Source: Eledone cirrhosa
Lineage: Eukaryota
Length of the DNA: 64,000 bases
Direction of reading: 5' to 3'
Assembly (NCBI GenBank): GCA_964016885.1
Contig: OZ024753.1
Location: 33,232,001 to 33,296,000, forward strand
A model generated the notes under the pieces. That model ran no database searches, had not been told where the DNA came from, and saw nothing but the letters and a program-made list of their open reading frames with translations. Position 1 is the first letter of the stretch, and the number at the start of each line of letters is the position of its first letter. The position numbers were made by a program, and so were the translations under genes. This document shows, piece after piece, positions 24,094 through 38,579 of the stretch.

Positions 24094-24469
24094 AATTTTG
24101 AGTATATGTTGGTTGTATACCAACACTTCAGTATGTAGATTGGAGCACTCGACGAAGTGCGCGGGTTGGTTTGGTTACTCCGGAGTAATGTAAAATAAAA
24201 TAAAATAACTAAGTCAAATGTTTAAAATTTGGCTTCGTTTATTACTGCTAAATATATTTCGGTGACAGCCATCTTTGGATGTGACCTCTTCAGGCAGTCC
24301 GAATTAGTGTGGTAGAGACGAGTACACATGTTGAGGTGTCGTCTCTACCACATTAATTCGGACTGCCTGAAGAGGTCACATCCAAAGATGGCTGTCACCG
24401 AAATATATTTAGCTGTAATAAACGAAGCCAAATTTTAAACATTTGACTTATTTATTTTATTTTATTTTA
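24094..24469 (-). mobile_element. Non-coding fold-back PLE-type element with two head-to-head hammerheads (24244-24298 on -, 24362-24416 on +)
   Basis: Arms 24191-24321 and 24339-24469 are near-perfect inverted repeats. Ribozyme reads actgc-CTGAAGA-ggt..acc-GAAA-tatatt-TA-gcagt. Unpaired tail 24094-24190. TA flanks. Confidence 0.88.
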
Positions 24470-25736
24470 TATATATATATATATATGTGTGTGTATGTGT
24501 GTGTCTATTTATATATATGTATGCATATAGGATAAAGATCCCATAACTCCTTGTGGAGTCATAGAGGCACTGTCATACGGTGTGTCTACGGCAATTTTAA
24601 ACTTGGTGGAGCCCAACCCTCTCCAAGTCTGAACACAGTGGATTTTTTTCTATAGAGGAAGACACAACCCCAGTACTGGACTGGTACTTTTTTTTATCGA
24701 CCTTGAAACGATGAAAGGCAAAGTTGAACACAGTAGTTGATAAAATAAAGTACCAGTAATGCACTGGGATTGATGTAATTGACTTTCCCCTCCCCCAAAA
24801 TTAGGCCTTGTGCCTATAGTAAAATTATCATTATTATTATTATTTGGGTGATGAATTGGCAGTTTCAGCAGAGTGTCAGGCAACATGCTTTGCTACATAT
24901 AGTTATAGCCCTTTACATTCTGAGTTCAAATTCCACCGTGGTGAGCTTTGCCTTTCATCATTATAGAGTTGACAAAATAAAGTACCAGTAATGCACAGGG
25001 GTTGATTTAATCGACTTTTGCCTTCCCTTCAAATAGCAGGCCTTGAGCCAAATGTAGAAACAGGGTTGATGAAATAAAGTACCAGTAATGTACTGAGATC
25101 GATTTAGACAACTTCCCCTCCCCCAAAATTGTTGACCTTGTACCTAAATCAGAAACATTATAATCATGATCTACCAATATTTATTACTTTATAAATGATA
25201 AACAACAACCAAAATCTTTTTTTTTTTCCAATTAGAATTTTCTTTACTTGTTGTTTAAATAAATATCTTAGTTTTTAGTGACAAATCATTAAGATGAAGA
25301 AAAAAGAATCATTGCTAAGATTTCATAACTGACAACAAGTAGCAATGTTTCTTTGATTGTTCATGGTTCTTAAATTTTCTCATTTTTATATATTTTTCAA
25401 ATACATTTGAGAAAAGTAATGAACACACTTCTTTTTTTCTTTTAATACTGATTTTTCACTAATTGAATTAGTTGAAGCTTTTCATAGTTTCCAAAATTTG
25501 ACTTCGTGAAAAATCTATTAGTGATGTGATTTAAGTTTAACTATAAAACTAAATGATTTTATGGTGGTGAGTTTTTGACCTTAGGTCAATCCTGATTGAG
25601 CTGATCTATGATGAAAAGCATTCAATCTATGACCATCTCATATGTTTCATTGTGTCATTTTTTTATTCTCAACCCACCCAAAACTATCCCTTGTTCAATG
25701 AAACAAAACCAAGTAACTGAAAAGTTTGCTACTTAA

Positions 25737-25951
25737 CCCTTCAGCATTCACAATACACTATCTATTTTTGTATTTTCATGATAAAGGCTTCCTCACATAA
25801 TATTGAATCTATGAGATTTTGATATCTATTTGATAATATCTATTTTGAGAACAATACCTTATCATTAGTATGAGAGGCCGGTTACAGCCAGTTTAAATAG
25901 AAAGAGGTGAGAGAATTCTGGCCAGATATGGCTGGTTTAAATGCTAAAGGG
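25737..25951. mobile_element. piggyBac-type MITE; partial copies at 19685-19880 and 21385-21541
   Basis: TTAA on both sides and TIRs CCCTTCAGCATT / AATGCTAAAGGG. Internal sequence is shared among the copies. Confidence 0.75.
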
Positions 25952-28900
25952 TTAAATTGAAATCTTCCAACATAATTTGATATATCAACCATTGTTGAAT
26001 TACATTACAAATACTATCATGATAATTATTCTTGATGACTTTCAAATAATTTTGAAAATAATCAAGAAGTTAGAGAGAATTAATAATATGATTAACTTTC
26101 TCATTTTTAAGCTGAGTATATGTTTTCTGGCTCTTTACTTTCAGAGTTCAAATCCTGCTGAGGTCAAATTTGCCTTTCACTATTTTGGGGTCTATAAAAT
26201 AAAGTACCAGTCATGTAGAAGGGTTGATTATAATAGATGGTGAGAAATACTGTAATGCATTTTAAGTCAGGGAAAATTGTGAAACCCTTTATATTTGCAT
26301 CCAAGAATATCTGCCCTTCCCCATTTCACACTTCTTGCTAAACTCTGCAAACCCTCTATAATGGCATACAAAAGCAAGCATAAAACCGATAAGGATGATT
26401 GGTTAATATAAACTTAGACGAAATCTATGGAGAAAAAATAAAATGCTTAGAGTTAAAATGCACTTGATCTTAAGTCTGCTTCACCAGGGCTGTCCTGGGG
26501 TTAAAGAACCACAACAACAACAGAAATATTAATATATCTGAAAAAATAAAATAGAAATAAAATGTTATTGTCTCCTAAAATACATTGACGAACAAATACA
26601 ATAATATTTTATTAATTTCACCTATGTAATTAATTTGACAACCAATAGACAATAAATATAAAAAACTGAATCAAGTCTTTCCTAATAAAACAACCAATTG
26701 TATTAAAAATAGAATATATTTTTTAATTGAATTTTGAAATTGCTCATGGCTGTAATATATTTTAATGATCTGTTGAAAATGGCCTTGTCTATTGATTATA
26801 TGTGTGTGTATGTGTGTGTATGTGTGTGTGTATGTGTGTGTTTATGTATGTATGTATGTATGTATGTATGCATGTATGTATGTATGCATACATGTGTGTG
26901 CGTGATAAATTGGTAGAAAAGACCATTTCAACAGACCGTTAAAATACATACACACCTACCTTATTTGACAGCTTAATAACTCTACCAATTTGCTGCCTTA
27001 TATAAGCAAATAAAACGACAATTAGATGGGGTTGTTATAGTTTTAATCTAATTGGCATAAAACACTGTCTTAAAATGTCCTACCCAACCCATGCCATCAT
27101 TATAGAAAAGTGGATATTAAAAATGATCATCATGGTGATGGTGATAATTTAATGGTCAGATTTTATGGGCAAAACCAACTGACAGAAGACCCAAGGGTAG
27201 ACCCCAAACAAGATGGTTGGATAACATCCATGAGTGCAGCTGGTCTTGCTTGGAGATTCAGCCAGATCAGTTGGAAATGGTTGCTTTGACAGGACCCGCT
27301 GGAAGGAATGTTTAAGGACCCTCACAAGAAGAAGAAGAAATGATGATGATGTTTATGGTGCTGATCATGCTGGTGGTAGTGATGATGATGATGATGATCA
27401 AACAAAACAACAGCCATCTTATATTCAATCATCTGATTGGCTTCCTTCCTTTGTGTCAAATGTTAACTTCAGTACAGTTGAGGCAAGCATTAGTCAATAG
27501 CAGCAGCAACAATGATACAAATAACATCAACACCAGCAACAACTACAAAAATAACACCAACCCCATCATCAACAACAGCATCAACAACCACAATAGCAGC
27601 AGAAGCTGCTGCCACTATGACTTCTACTACTGCTCTGATACTACTACTATTACCACCATCACCATCATTACTATTGCTACTACTACTACCACCACCACCA
27701 CCACCACCACCACTACTACTACTAATGATGATGATGATTCAGTGAACTTTCTCTTATTTCAGACAACTTTCATTTTCAATAATGCAAAGATTAAAAAGAA
27801 AAGACAAAAAGACACCCAAAATAATAAAACAGAAGACAGATAATTTAGAAACTTAATCCTAATCTATAAGCTGGTTATTTTCAAAGATCAGATTATATTT
27901 TTGGTGAAATATATTTCTGAGTTGATAATATATATTTAACTAAATTCTCAGTTGCAAATTTTGAACTTCAGTTCAAAACTTACATAATTCAAAAGTTTAT
28001 AATATATCGCAATTGTATACAAATATATATTTATTGGTGATTTTAAAGACTGTGATTTCCATTTCAAATCAAACAAATATAATAAAATAAAAATGTATGT
28101 GGTTCATTTAAATTAGAGTTTCAGCCAAAATATTTTGAATTGCCTATTGCAATTGTTTACATCGATCAAATCAAATTGACCAACAATATCCCAGGCCTCA
28201 TTTGGTTACCGAGACAATGTTTTTATTAGTTTTTCCATTGCTGATATTATTTACTGGTCACAACTCCTAGCACTGTTCACATAATAATCTAACATATGAG
28301 AGATAATTGTTTCTACTTTAGGCACAAGGCCAGCAATTACCCAGTGCATTACTGGTACTTTATTTTATCGACCCCGTAAGGATGAAAGGCAAAGTCAACC
28401 TCGGCGGGATTTGAACTCAGATCGTAAAGGGACGTAACTATGCTGGAAAGCATGGCGTCCGACCCTCTACTGATACTGCCAATCCACATATGAGAGATAA
28501 TTGTTTCTACTTTAGGCACAAGGCCAGCAATTACCCAGTGCATTACTGGTACTTTATTTTATCGACCCCGTAAGGATGAAAGGCAAAGTCAACCTCGGCG
28601 GGATTTGAACTCAGATTGTAAAGGGACGTAACTATGCTGGAAAGCATGGCGTCCGACCCTCTACCGATACTGCCAATCTCCCGCCCATATGAGAGATAAT
28701 GGTTTCTAATTTGGGCACAAAGGCAGCAAATTGGCAGAGTTGTTAGAACATTGGATAGAATGCTTTGTGCCCACTGAGTTCAAATTCTATTGAGGCCAAC
28801 TTTGCTTTTCATTCATTTGAGGTCAATAAAAAAGTACTAGTCTAGTACTGGGATTGATTCTTCCTTTATATTTCTTTCTCACTTCCATTCCCTGACTCTC

Positions 28901-31336
28901 TCTCATTCTCTGGAAAAAATCTGCTCTACTCAGACCTGGACAGGGAATGAGCTCGACCAGGTTTAAAAATGGCCTAGAAATGCTATATGTTAATATGACA
29001 CTTCTACAACTCCACAGGGAGTTATGGGTCCATACCAATACGTTTTACCTATAAAGGCAGCAATTTTTGAGGGAAGGGGAAATCAAAGTGCCTCCAAAAG
29101 GATGAATGACAAAGCTGTCATGCAAATCTTCTCACCACACAGCCAGGTCAGATGCAGTTGGTTACTTACAAACTGTTTGTATTTTATATTGATCAAAATT
29201 TCACTATGTTTTAAGTGGTTTAACTGCAATCAATACAACTTTAAAAATAAAAATAAAATTACAAAAACGAAATTGTTTTTATCAACCCAAGACATTCTCT
29301 ACTTTACAAATTGACTAAATAAATATTTTTATAAGTAGTCGTTAAGTGATTTACATTTTTTTCAATAGAATGTTGGTACAAAAAACGAATTCATCATTTT
29401 AAGTTTTGTTTTTAGAATTCCACCCACTTCTTGTTGTTAATGTTGACACATATACACTTCCCAGATCATTGCTAATTGAGTAATATGAGTTTATTGTGTG
29501 TATTGCAATAATAAATTATAGAGCTAGAGATTAACAGTAGAATACTAATGAAGACACAACAATTGCTAATTGTAATTCTAGTTTATCCAATACAGAAGAA
29601 AATAATAGAGAGGCTAACATTCTATATAAAGAGAGAGGATGTTAATGGAGTCTATAAACAATATGATACAAGCAACAATTTACAATGTATGCTTACTAAT
29701 AAAGAAGACCGATGATGAACATGCTGAGAGGAATATTGGTTAGTTGTTATTTAACCATGATGAGATCCAATCATTGTACCAGCATCATCATCATCAGTAG
29801 CAGGTGGCCAAAGTGCTCCTCTCTTTATTACAGCTTTCATAACCAATTCTGGTCCTTGCAGTACTGTGATTGGATGATTGGCCCTGACCATCAGTAGGAT
29901 TTAAATAGCTAGGCAAAATTTGAACTCAGAACACAAAGGGTTGGTGCAGATACCACAGGGTAGCTTGTTTGGTGCTCTAGGAATACCACCAAGCTATTGC
30001 TGTGAACTGGTACTTTATTTTGTCAATCCCAAAAGGACGAAATTATGAAAGGATGAAGTTGACCTCTGCAGGATTTGAATTAAGAATAGAGAGAGAGAAC
30101 AAATGCCACAAATTTATTATATTTGACCACCTAATCTATCTTCCAGTTTACTGCCTTTAAATAATTGTTTCTACTTTTGGCACAATGCCAGCAATTATCC
30201 CAGTGTATTTCTGGTACTTTATTTAATCAACCCCATAAGGATGAAAGGTAAGTTAACCTAGGTGGGATTTGAACTCTGTCCGTAAAGGAACGTAACTATG
30301 CTGCAAAGCATGGCGTCCGACCCTCTACTGATACTGCCAATAACGCTATGGCATATAATGCCTTATTTTAACAAGATTGTATAGAATAAGATTAAAATTA
30401 AGACAAAAAAGGAAAAGTGAATAAAGGTTGGGGTTGGTAAGACAAATTCTACACCCTTTGTAGGACAGTATATCTCAGCAATGCTCTATTAACAAGATAG
30501 TAAAAATGTTGCCATGAAAAACAGCCAGTGATATCCACTGCATCAGCCAATTCACCTCCAACCACAGGAAGCTCTTTCCTATGATGTTATGTCCTTATTA
30601 CAATATGCTTGAGGAAAACAATGGACTAGGGACAGACGAGGACTTCTGAGGCCTTAATGCCAACTGGCACAAAATAGAATCATTATCATTATGTTTTCCT
30701 TGCTAGCAAGGGCTGGACAAATTAGTCCATTAAGGTCTGAATTGAATTATATTGAATCAAAATATATTGGTAATAGCTAATATCATAGTACATGTGTAAG
30801 AGATGAATAAAAAGTTTACATTTGAAAAATCAAATCCTAAAACATGTTTTCAGCTTTCACCGAGCTGTTGCTAAGTGGTCTCTTGTGATAAATCCATTTA
30901 TAATATTGATTAACTAAATATTCTATTTACTAACACGACAGAGATTTTATACACAACATTTGTTGATAGTGTATAATATCAGCAGGTTTTCCATGCTGGT
31001 ATGGGTTGGATAAGATGTATCTTAGTCAAGATTCTAGGGTCTGATGCCTTTTATGGGACTAACCCTCACTTATTTTTTAAAGTAATATAGTGATTTTACA
31101 TGTAATAGCTGAGTAACATGGACACTCTCTCCCTAGCTAGCAGGGAAAACATTTTAATATATATATATATATATATATTTGGATCATCATCATTGTTTAA
31201 TGTCCATTTTCCACACTAGCATAGGTATATACATATATATATAATCAGTGGATATGAAAAAGAAAAACAATGCCCAATCTGGTATGAGAGCTGATATATT
31301 ACATTATTAATTTATATTCATACACAGAACAAAAAG

Positions 31337-31408
31337 CACTACCTAAGGTTTTAAGCTCCATCTCACCAGATTATGCACCGTGGTGCTTTGTGACCTAGTC
31401 ATCAGGTG
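31337..31408 (-). ncRNA. Decayed hammerhead motif (GAAA to AAAA) with a long branched stem II
   Basis: Reverse complement reads cac-CTGATGA-...gcac(cacg)gtgc...-AAAA-cc(tta)gg-TA-gtg. Confidence 0.5.
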
Positions 31409-33750
31409 TTTCAAACTCGTTCAAATGCTGAGTGCTTGTGTTTATGTTTATGTCTCATAACTTAGCAGTTCCAGTAAAATGATATCAATATAATATATAG
31501 TTGAAAATAACAATACTGTGGATGATATAATTGACTAAATCCTTACAAAGAAGTGCCCAAACTGTGTTACAGTGAAATGACTAAAAAAATAATGGAATAA
31601 TAGATGAAAAGAATTATCTAGAAATTCTCAGTAATATTATATATTAGGATTAAGAGAATAGCATCATTTTCCTTATTATACCCCACCATCCACCCCCGCA
31701 GAACCTACCAGACATTACTGCAGAAGAAGATGAAAGAGGAACAGAGGTAAAAAAAAAAATAATACTATAGTAAAATAAAACCAAAAATAAAACCAAAAAT
31801 AAAACCAGTAATTAAAAAAATAACAATAGCTACAAAAATATCAATAAAAACCAATTAGTCGCCTTTGAGATTTAAATGAACACAGATAATTGTTAAGAGA
31901 AATGAGATTATCAGGACAGCCATGAAAACTTTATCCACTTAGAAAAAATCTAAGCTAATATATTTGAAGTAAGGATATATATACTGAACTTCTCTCCACA
32001 AACATTCCCAGGTTTACTGTCTGCTGTAAGTCCTTACAATTTCAATTCCAATGCTAAATCTAATTGAATTCTTTTTCTACACCATTTTCTCCACTTTTTC
32101 TTTCTTCAATATCTATACAAATCTGGCTTTCCATATCATTCAGTTCTCCATAAAAGCTCAATCATTCTAATTGAATACACAAATATATATCTTTTATTCA
32201 ATACCAAAGTTACATAAAAGAATTACTGAGACTACCACATAATATGCCATTTTTTTCATCCCCTCAATGATAATGTTTAGACATTCATTTTTTCTCCTCT
32301 TCCTGTTCCTCACACTTTCTCCATTTGTGAGAATGTGTGTGTGTGATATGATATGTGTGTATGTGTGCATATGCATGTGTTATACAAATATATACATTTA
32401 GTATATATACGCATACAAATATAAGAAACTGTCTGCATGCACTCTCCAACCCATTTACAGAGATAGAAAAATAGATAAATACACATACTCACCACATATC
32501 CATATATATATATGTGTGTGTGTGCGTGTGTTATCTTTGATGGATGATATTAAAAATTTCAAAAACATATATAGCACAACATAGATAAATTTAGAGTAAT
32601 GCAGTGATCTTTATAAAGCAATATGTGGTGATATAGGTCTTGAATGAGAGTGCATCAGAATGAGACTTCTGGCATTGTACTCATGTTGCCTTACACACAC
32701 ACACACACACACACATATGTACGTACATACACATGTATATATGTATCATCATCATCATCATTTAACATCTATTTTCCACACTAGTATGAATGAATGAATG
32801 AATGAGTGTGTGTGTGTTGTGTGTTGTGTGTGTGTGTGTGTAAGAAGCAGAACAAGACACACAGGAAAATATGGTGAAGGAGACTATGGAAGCTGAAGGA
32901 CCTGACTGTTAAATATAGGTCTAGAAAAGCTCTATGTGACGTATATGTCAAGGGGGAGGAGTCAGCTATATATGACATAGAGGACAATTGAAAGTTTCTA
33001 CATGACAAACTCCTAGAGGCTACTGAGGAGACATGTGGCTGAAGTAAAGCTCCAGTCAGACCTTGTAGTGGAACAACACTGTCTATAGAACTGTTAAAGA
33101 AAAGAGACAGGCATGGACAAACTGGAGAAATGGGGGCAGTAAAGATCAATATTAAATAGCTAAAAGAGAAGCTGGATGACAGATATACATAGATTCCCAG
33201 CAGCGTGCTCTGGCATTGAGCAAGACACTTTATTTCACATTGCTCCCGTCCACTCAGCTGGCAAAAGTGAGTTGCAGCAGTAATTTGAAGTGCCAGACTT
33301 GCCACACACTTTGTCATGCTGAATCTCCCTGAGAACTATGTTAAGGGTATTCATGTCAGTGAAATACTCAGCCACTTGCATGTTGATTTCCCATTAATTT
33401 CATATCAACTGAAACACTAGTCATCGTAACTAACGGAGTGCCTCTAATACACAGCATGCTGAAAAGCCGAAAGCAGGAGGTTTGTTAATGTCTTGCACTG
33501 TGAGAATCAGACACATAGATTCACTAAACAGTGTGTCTGTGATAACAAGGACTTTGTTGGGGGAAAATGTGTATGAAATGACAATGGTGCACACAGTGTC
33601 ATGGATGCTCAAAAGAAGGAGGCCTGGAAATGTAATGAATGTGATTACATCCAGGTGAACAAATAGAGGGGCCAGTTATTGAAAGGGATAATTGTAGAAT
33701 TAAGGAAGCAATCTAAGAGATGAAAAATGCATACATACATACAACATATT

Positions 33751-33804
<54 letters not shown>

Positions 33805-36256
33805 AGAGTATTGAAGCTTGCTTGAAGCATTGTGGAATAATAAGGTATATTTCTTTAGGTCGTTTTGGAAGCCTCAACAATGCAGATGGGTAAATCTCTG
33901 GGTAACAAGATCCGGTGGTGGAGAGAGAGATGTAACTGAATGTAGGTTGAGATGTGTAGTGTGTAGAAGAGTGTAGGAAAGAGCGTAAAGATAACAGTAA
34001 TAATTGTTTCTACTTTAGGCACAAGGCCAGCAATTACCCAGTGCATTACTGGTACTTTATTTTATCGACCTTGCCTTTCATCCCCGTAAGGATGAAAGGC
34101 AAAGTCAACCTCGGCGGGATTTGAACTCAGATCGTAAAGGGACGTAACTATGCTGGAAAGCATGGCGTCCGACCCTCTACCGATACTGCCAATCCACAAT
34201 AATAACACGAGATAGAGTTACCTTGGGAGAGATTTAATTGTCCCTATATATTTCGGATTCACATGCATCAACTGGGTTTTTTTCCGGGGGGGGGGGGGGT
34301 AGAGGTTGTTTTGAATATATATGTGTGTGTGTGTGCGCGCGCATATATATATATATATATACACACTCACATATATATTGAAGTTCTTCAATAATGAAAA
34401 CAAGATTTTATACAGCACTTAAACGAGTCTATTTGACAGTTTACCAGATACAATTGTAAGCGATTAAAAATTATTTTTTAATGAAACTAGATTGAATTTT
34501 ATTTAATACTTTTGAGTATGTATGTATATATTAATTGTAACAAGTCAGACAATTAGATTTCATCTAGGATCTCTGTTTTCCACTCACTCCATGATTCTAC
34601 AAAAATCATATGCTGTAAATACGGATCCGTGTATCATATATGGTACATATATATGGTACATAGTGGATAAAAGGATTTGTCTGGGAACACAAAATACATG
34701 TGTATATATATATATATGTATATATTATAAAATTTATAATATATTCACTCATATTATAATCCATTTAGTTTCAGAGATATTAAAACACTCTTGTTACATG
34801 TTTTATTTCGAAATATTTCAACAACTTATTGTTTCTACTTTTGGCACAAGGCCAGCAATAACCCAGTGTATTACTGGTACTTTATTTTATCAACCTCGTA
34901 AGGATGAAAGGCAAAGTTAACCTCGGCGGGATTTGAACTCAGAATGGCAAGGGCCATAACTCTATGCGGCAAAACATGGCATCCGACCCTCTACCGATAC
35001 TGCCAATCCACCGCCCATCAACAACTTATAATGTAAGTTTAACATGTTTTCTTTCCATATATTCTTAAAATTCTACGACAAAATTTATTATTTCTATAAA
35101 TATTGTATTTATTGTAAACACACTTTTCAACATTATTATCTAAAGTGTTTCACAAATTATTAAATAAGCAAATAAAAATAAAATATGAAAATAAGATATC
35201 ACTAAAATGATAAAGAACAACAAAGAACATTTAAATGATGTATGTATATTGCTTACTTTTTCAATATATGACAGAAATAGTTATGGTGTGAAAACAATAT
35301 AACAATGATATTTGTATTGGAAGAGTTGAAAGACTTATGGAAATCACAACTTTATGTCTATGTAAATATGCATGTACATATATTATATGCAAATTATATA
35401 TTATGGTCAGCATCAAGAGAGAAAGACAGAAAATGACAGACAAAAATGTGAACTTTTCTCTATATATATGTATGTAAACCGTGTTATATTTTTCCCCATA
35501 TTCTTATTAATATGTAATTTAATTTCATTATATATTTCCGTCGCATGAAGAAGCCTTTAAACTGAAACGGGTATGAATGATACGGAAATTCCTATTTTGT
35601 AAATAAATGTTTTGCTCTTATTCTGAGAGAAAATCCCTTTAGCATTTTCTACTATTTTTTTTTCTTTTTTACTATTCATCATCATAGGTCTGCTTTTCCC
35701 CACTTGCAAGGGTGGGACGGGTCTTATTAAGCACGGCATCTCTCCATTTGTCACGGTCCTTTGTCATCTCCTGCGTGAGCTTCAGCGATCTGAGGTCTGC
35801 TCTCACCACCTCCACCCATGGTCTTCCTTCTATATATATATATATATATATATCAACTCATGTCACTTCTCTACATTCTATATATATGTGTGTGTGTGTT
35901 AGATAATATATCATCATCATTTTATCATCATCATCATTTTACATCCACTTTCCCCTGCTTGCAAGGGTGGGACGGGAACTGATTCTGGCTTGATTTCTAC
36001 AGCTGGATGCCCTTCCTAACACCAACCTCATTTACAGTGAGTGCTGGGTGCTTTTTTTGCCGTGGCACCTCCACGTCCACTTTACAGTGGAATGATATGG
36101 ACCCCAGTCCCTATCATCTCATTTCTACAGCTGAGTAAACTGGAGCAATGTGAAATAAAGTGTCTTGCTCAAGGAAACAACACATCACTCGGTCTGAGAA
36201 TTGAACTCACAACCTTTCGATTGCAAGGCCAATGCTCTAACCACTAAGCCATGTGC

Positions 36257-36305
<49 letters not shown>

Positions 36306-37064
36306 TAGATAATATATATATATATGTGTGTGTGTTAGATAATATATATATATATATATATGTTGGCTATAAATGAGTTAACATCAACAGAATCTTCAAG
36401 TATGGTCATTGCTTTAATCTTCACCTTTTATCTTTTCCCTTTGCTTGCCCTCTGTGTGAAAATTGGCCAACACTACACCTGATATAGCCCCTCCATACAC
36501 ATGCATACATGTATATCATCACTGATACACTGTTCACTTTCCTGACATTTGTACATTATTCTATGTACTATACATGCACATTTGATGAGCACCTGAGCAC
36601 TGTACACAATTTCATTATTATTATTATTTATAATGAAATAAGTATATGATAGTGTTCTAGAGCTTATATTTATATAATCAAATGAAAAAACTTGTATGCA
36701 GTGTTCCAGCATGACCAAAGTTCAATAATAGAACATAAGGAAACAAACTAAAGATAAGAATAGCTTCCAGCTGTAGAAAGTATGCTGAAAGTGGTAAGCA
36801 TGAGAGATATGAGCCCTGGGCTGTCTGGGAGAACAGTCGATCTGGTTCAATACAGAAACATCCAATGCTCACCATCATTGGAAAGAAAGGCATCGAATGA
36901 TGATGATGATGAATATTGATAAATCTACAAACAGAACAAGTCTAAGTGGAAATATTTCCTGCAGTTTTAGAAAATGAAAAATTACCTCTTATTACTTAAA
37001 AGCAATCATATTTCATAATTTTAAACACTTACCATTTCATGTTAGTCAATTAAGTTTAGTGAAA

Positions 37065-37112
<48 letters not shown>

Positions 37113-37405
37113 CATATGTATATACATATACATAAATATGGTATATATATTATATATATATGTTTAAGTGTGTGTGTGTATATATGTATGTATATATATA
37201 TACATAAACGTATATATGGATATATATCTAATATATATATGTTTAAGTGTGTGTTTATATGTATGTCTATATCTTGTGTGTCTATATGTATGTCTATATC
37301 TTGCAAGCAGGGAAAAGCGGGCGTAAAATGATGATGGTATATGTATATATATATAGAGAGAGAGAGACATACATACATACATACATACATACATACATAC
37401 ATACA

Positions 37406-37467
<62 letters not shown>

Positions 37468-38141
37468 AGTAAATATCTATATGATACATATGATATATAT
37501 CTATGTGTGTCTTGTGGATATTTCAGTTTACTCAGACACCAGAATTATGGGTGTTCAACTTTGTCTCAAGAACTGATGTCATATATAACAAAAAGTTTAT
37601 ATCACTAATAGGAGAGCAAATATTTGGAATTGAAATACTGCAATAAATAAGGTAATAATTTTATAACAAATATTTAGAGATATTTCATATATACATATAT
37701 TATATTTATATAAACAATTCATATATGTATAGATAATATATACATATATATATATATACATAGATACACACTCTGTTACTTTTCCCAAGATTTAGTAAGT
37801 GACATAGTCACTACTTTAAAACTCATAGTCTTCTAAATGTTTTTGATTAAAACATACAGTATATTGCCAAATATACTATACATACATTCATGTATACATT
37901 GCTATTTCAGAGCACCAATAATACCTAATTTTTGCTGGGCCAGCAATCGCTCTGTATAATCAACTCCTGATTATTACTGCAATACTATAAGAATCTAGCT
38001 CCTATAATTCTCGGCAAAGGCAGCAGAGTGTGTGGTCTTGATAAATGCTCACAAGTGAGAAACAGACTGTCTGTCACTAGATCTACCAACTCAAATTATT
38101 TAGAACTACAAGTGAAGTCATTCTTTTCCTTTTTTTCAAAA

Positions 38142-38193
<52 letters not shown>

Positions 38194-38579
38194 ATCATTT
38201 TACATCCGCTTTTCCCCGCTTGCAAGGGTTGGATGGGTCCTATTCAGCACAGCATCTCTCCACTTGTCACGGTCCTTCATCATCTCCTCCGTGAGCTTCA
38301 ATGATCTGAGGTCTGCTCTCACCGCATCCACCCATGTTTTTCGTCGTCTTCCTCTACTGCGTCTTCCTTCTACTGGCATTTCTTGGCATTTCTTTACCCA
38401 GTGGTCATCCTCCATGCACATTGCATGTCCATACCATCACAGTCTTCTCTCCCGCACACTACAACTTATCCCTCTTAAACACAGTTTCTCTCTCAACACA
38501 TCCATGATCGGTCGTTCATATATATATGTGTGTATGTATGTATGTACGTGTGTGTGTGTATGTATATATATATATATAT

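Noticed and set aside
35534-35590. Hammerhead-like strings here and at ~9440-9505(-), 38030-38079, 53027-53082, 34240-34270(-) and 1383-1411
   Set aside because: Core nucleotides or stems are too degraded to list as ribozyme features; counted at most as probable decayed copies
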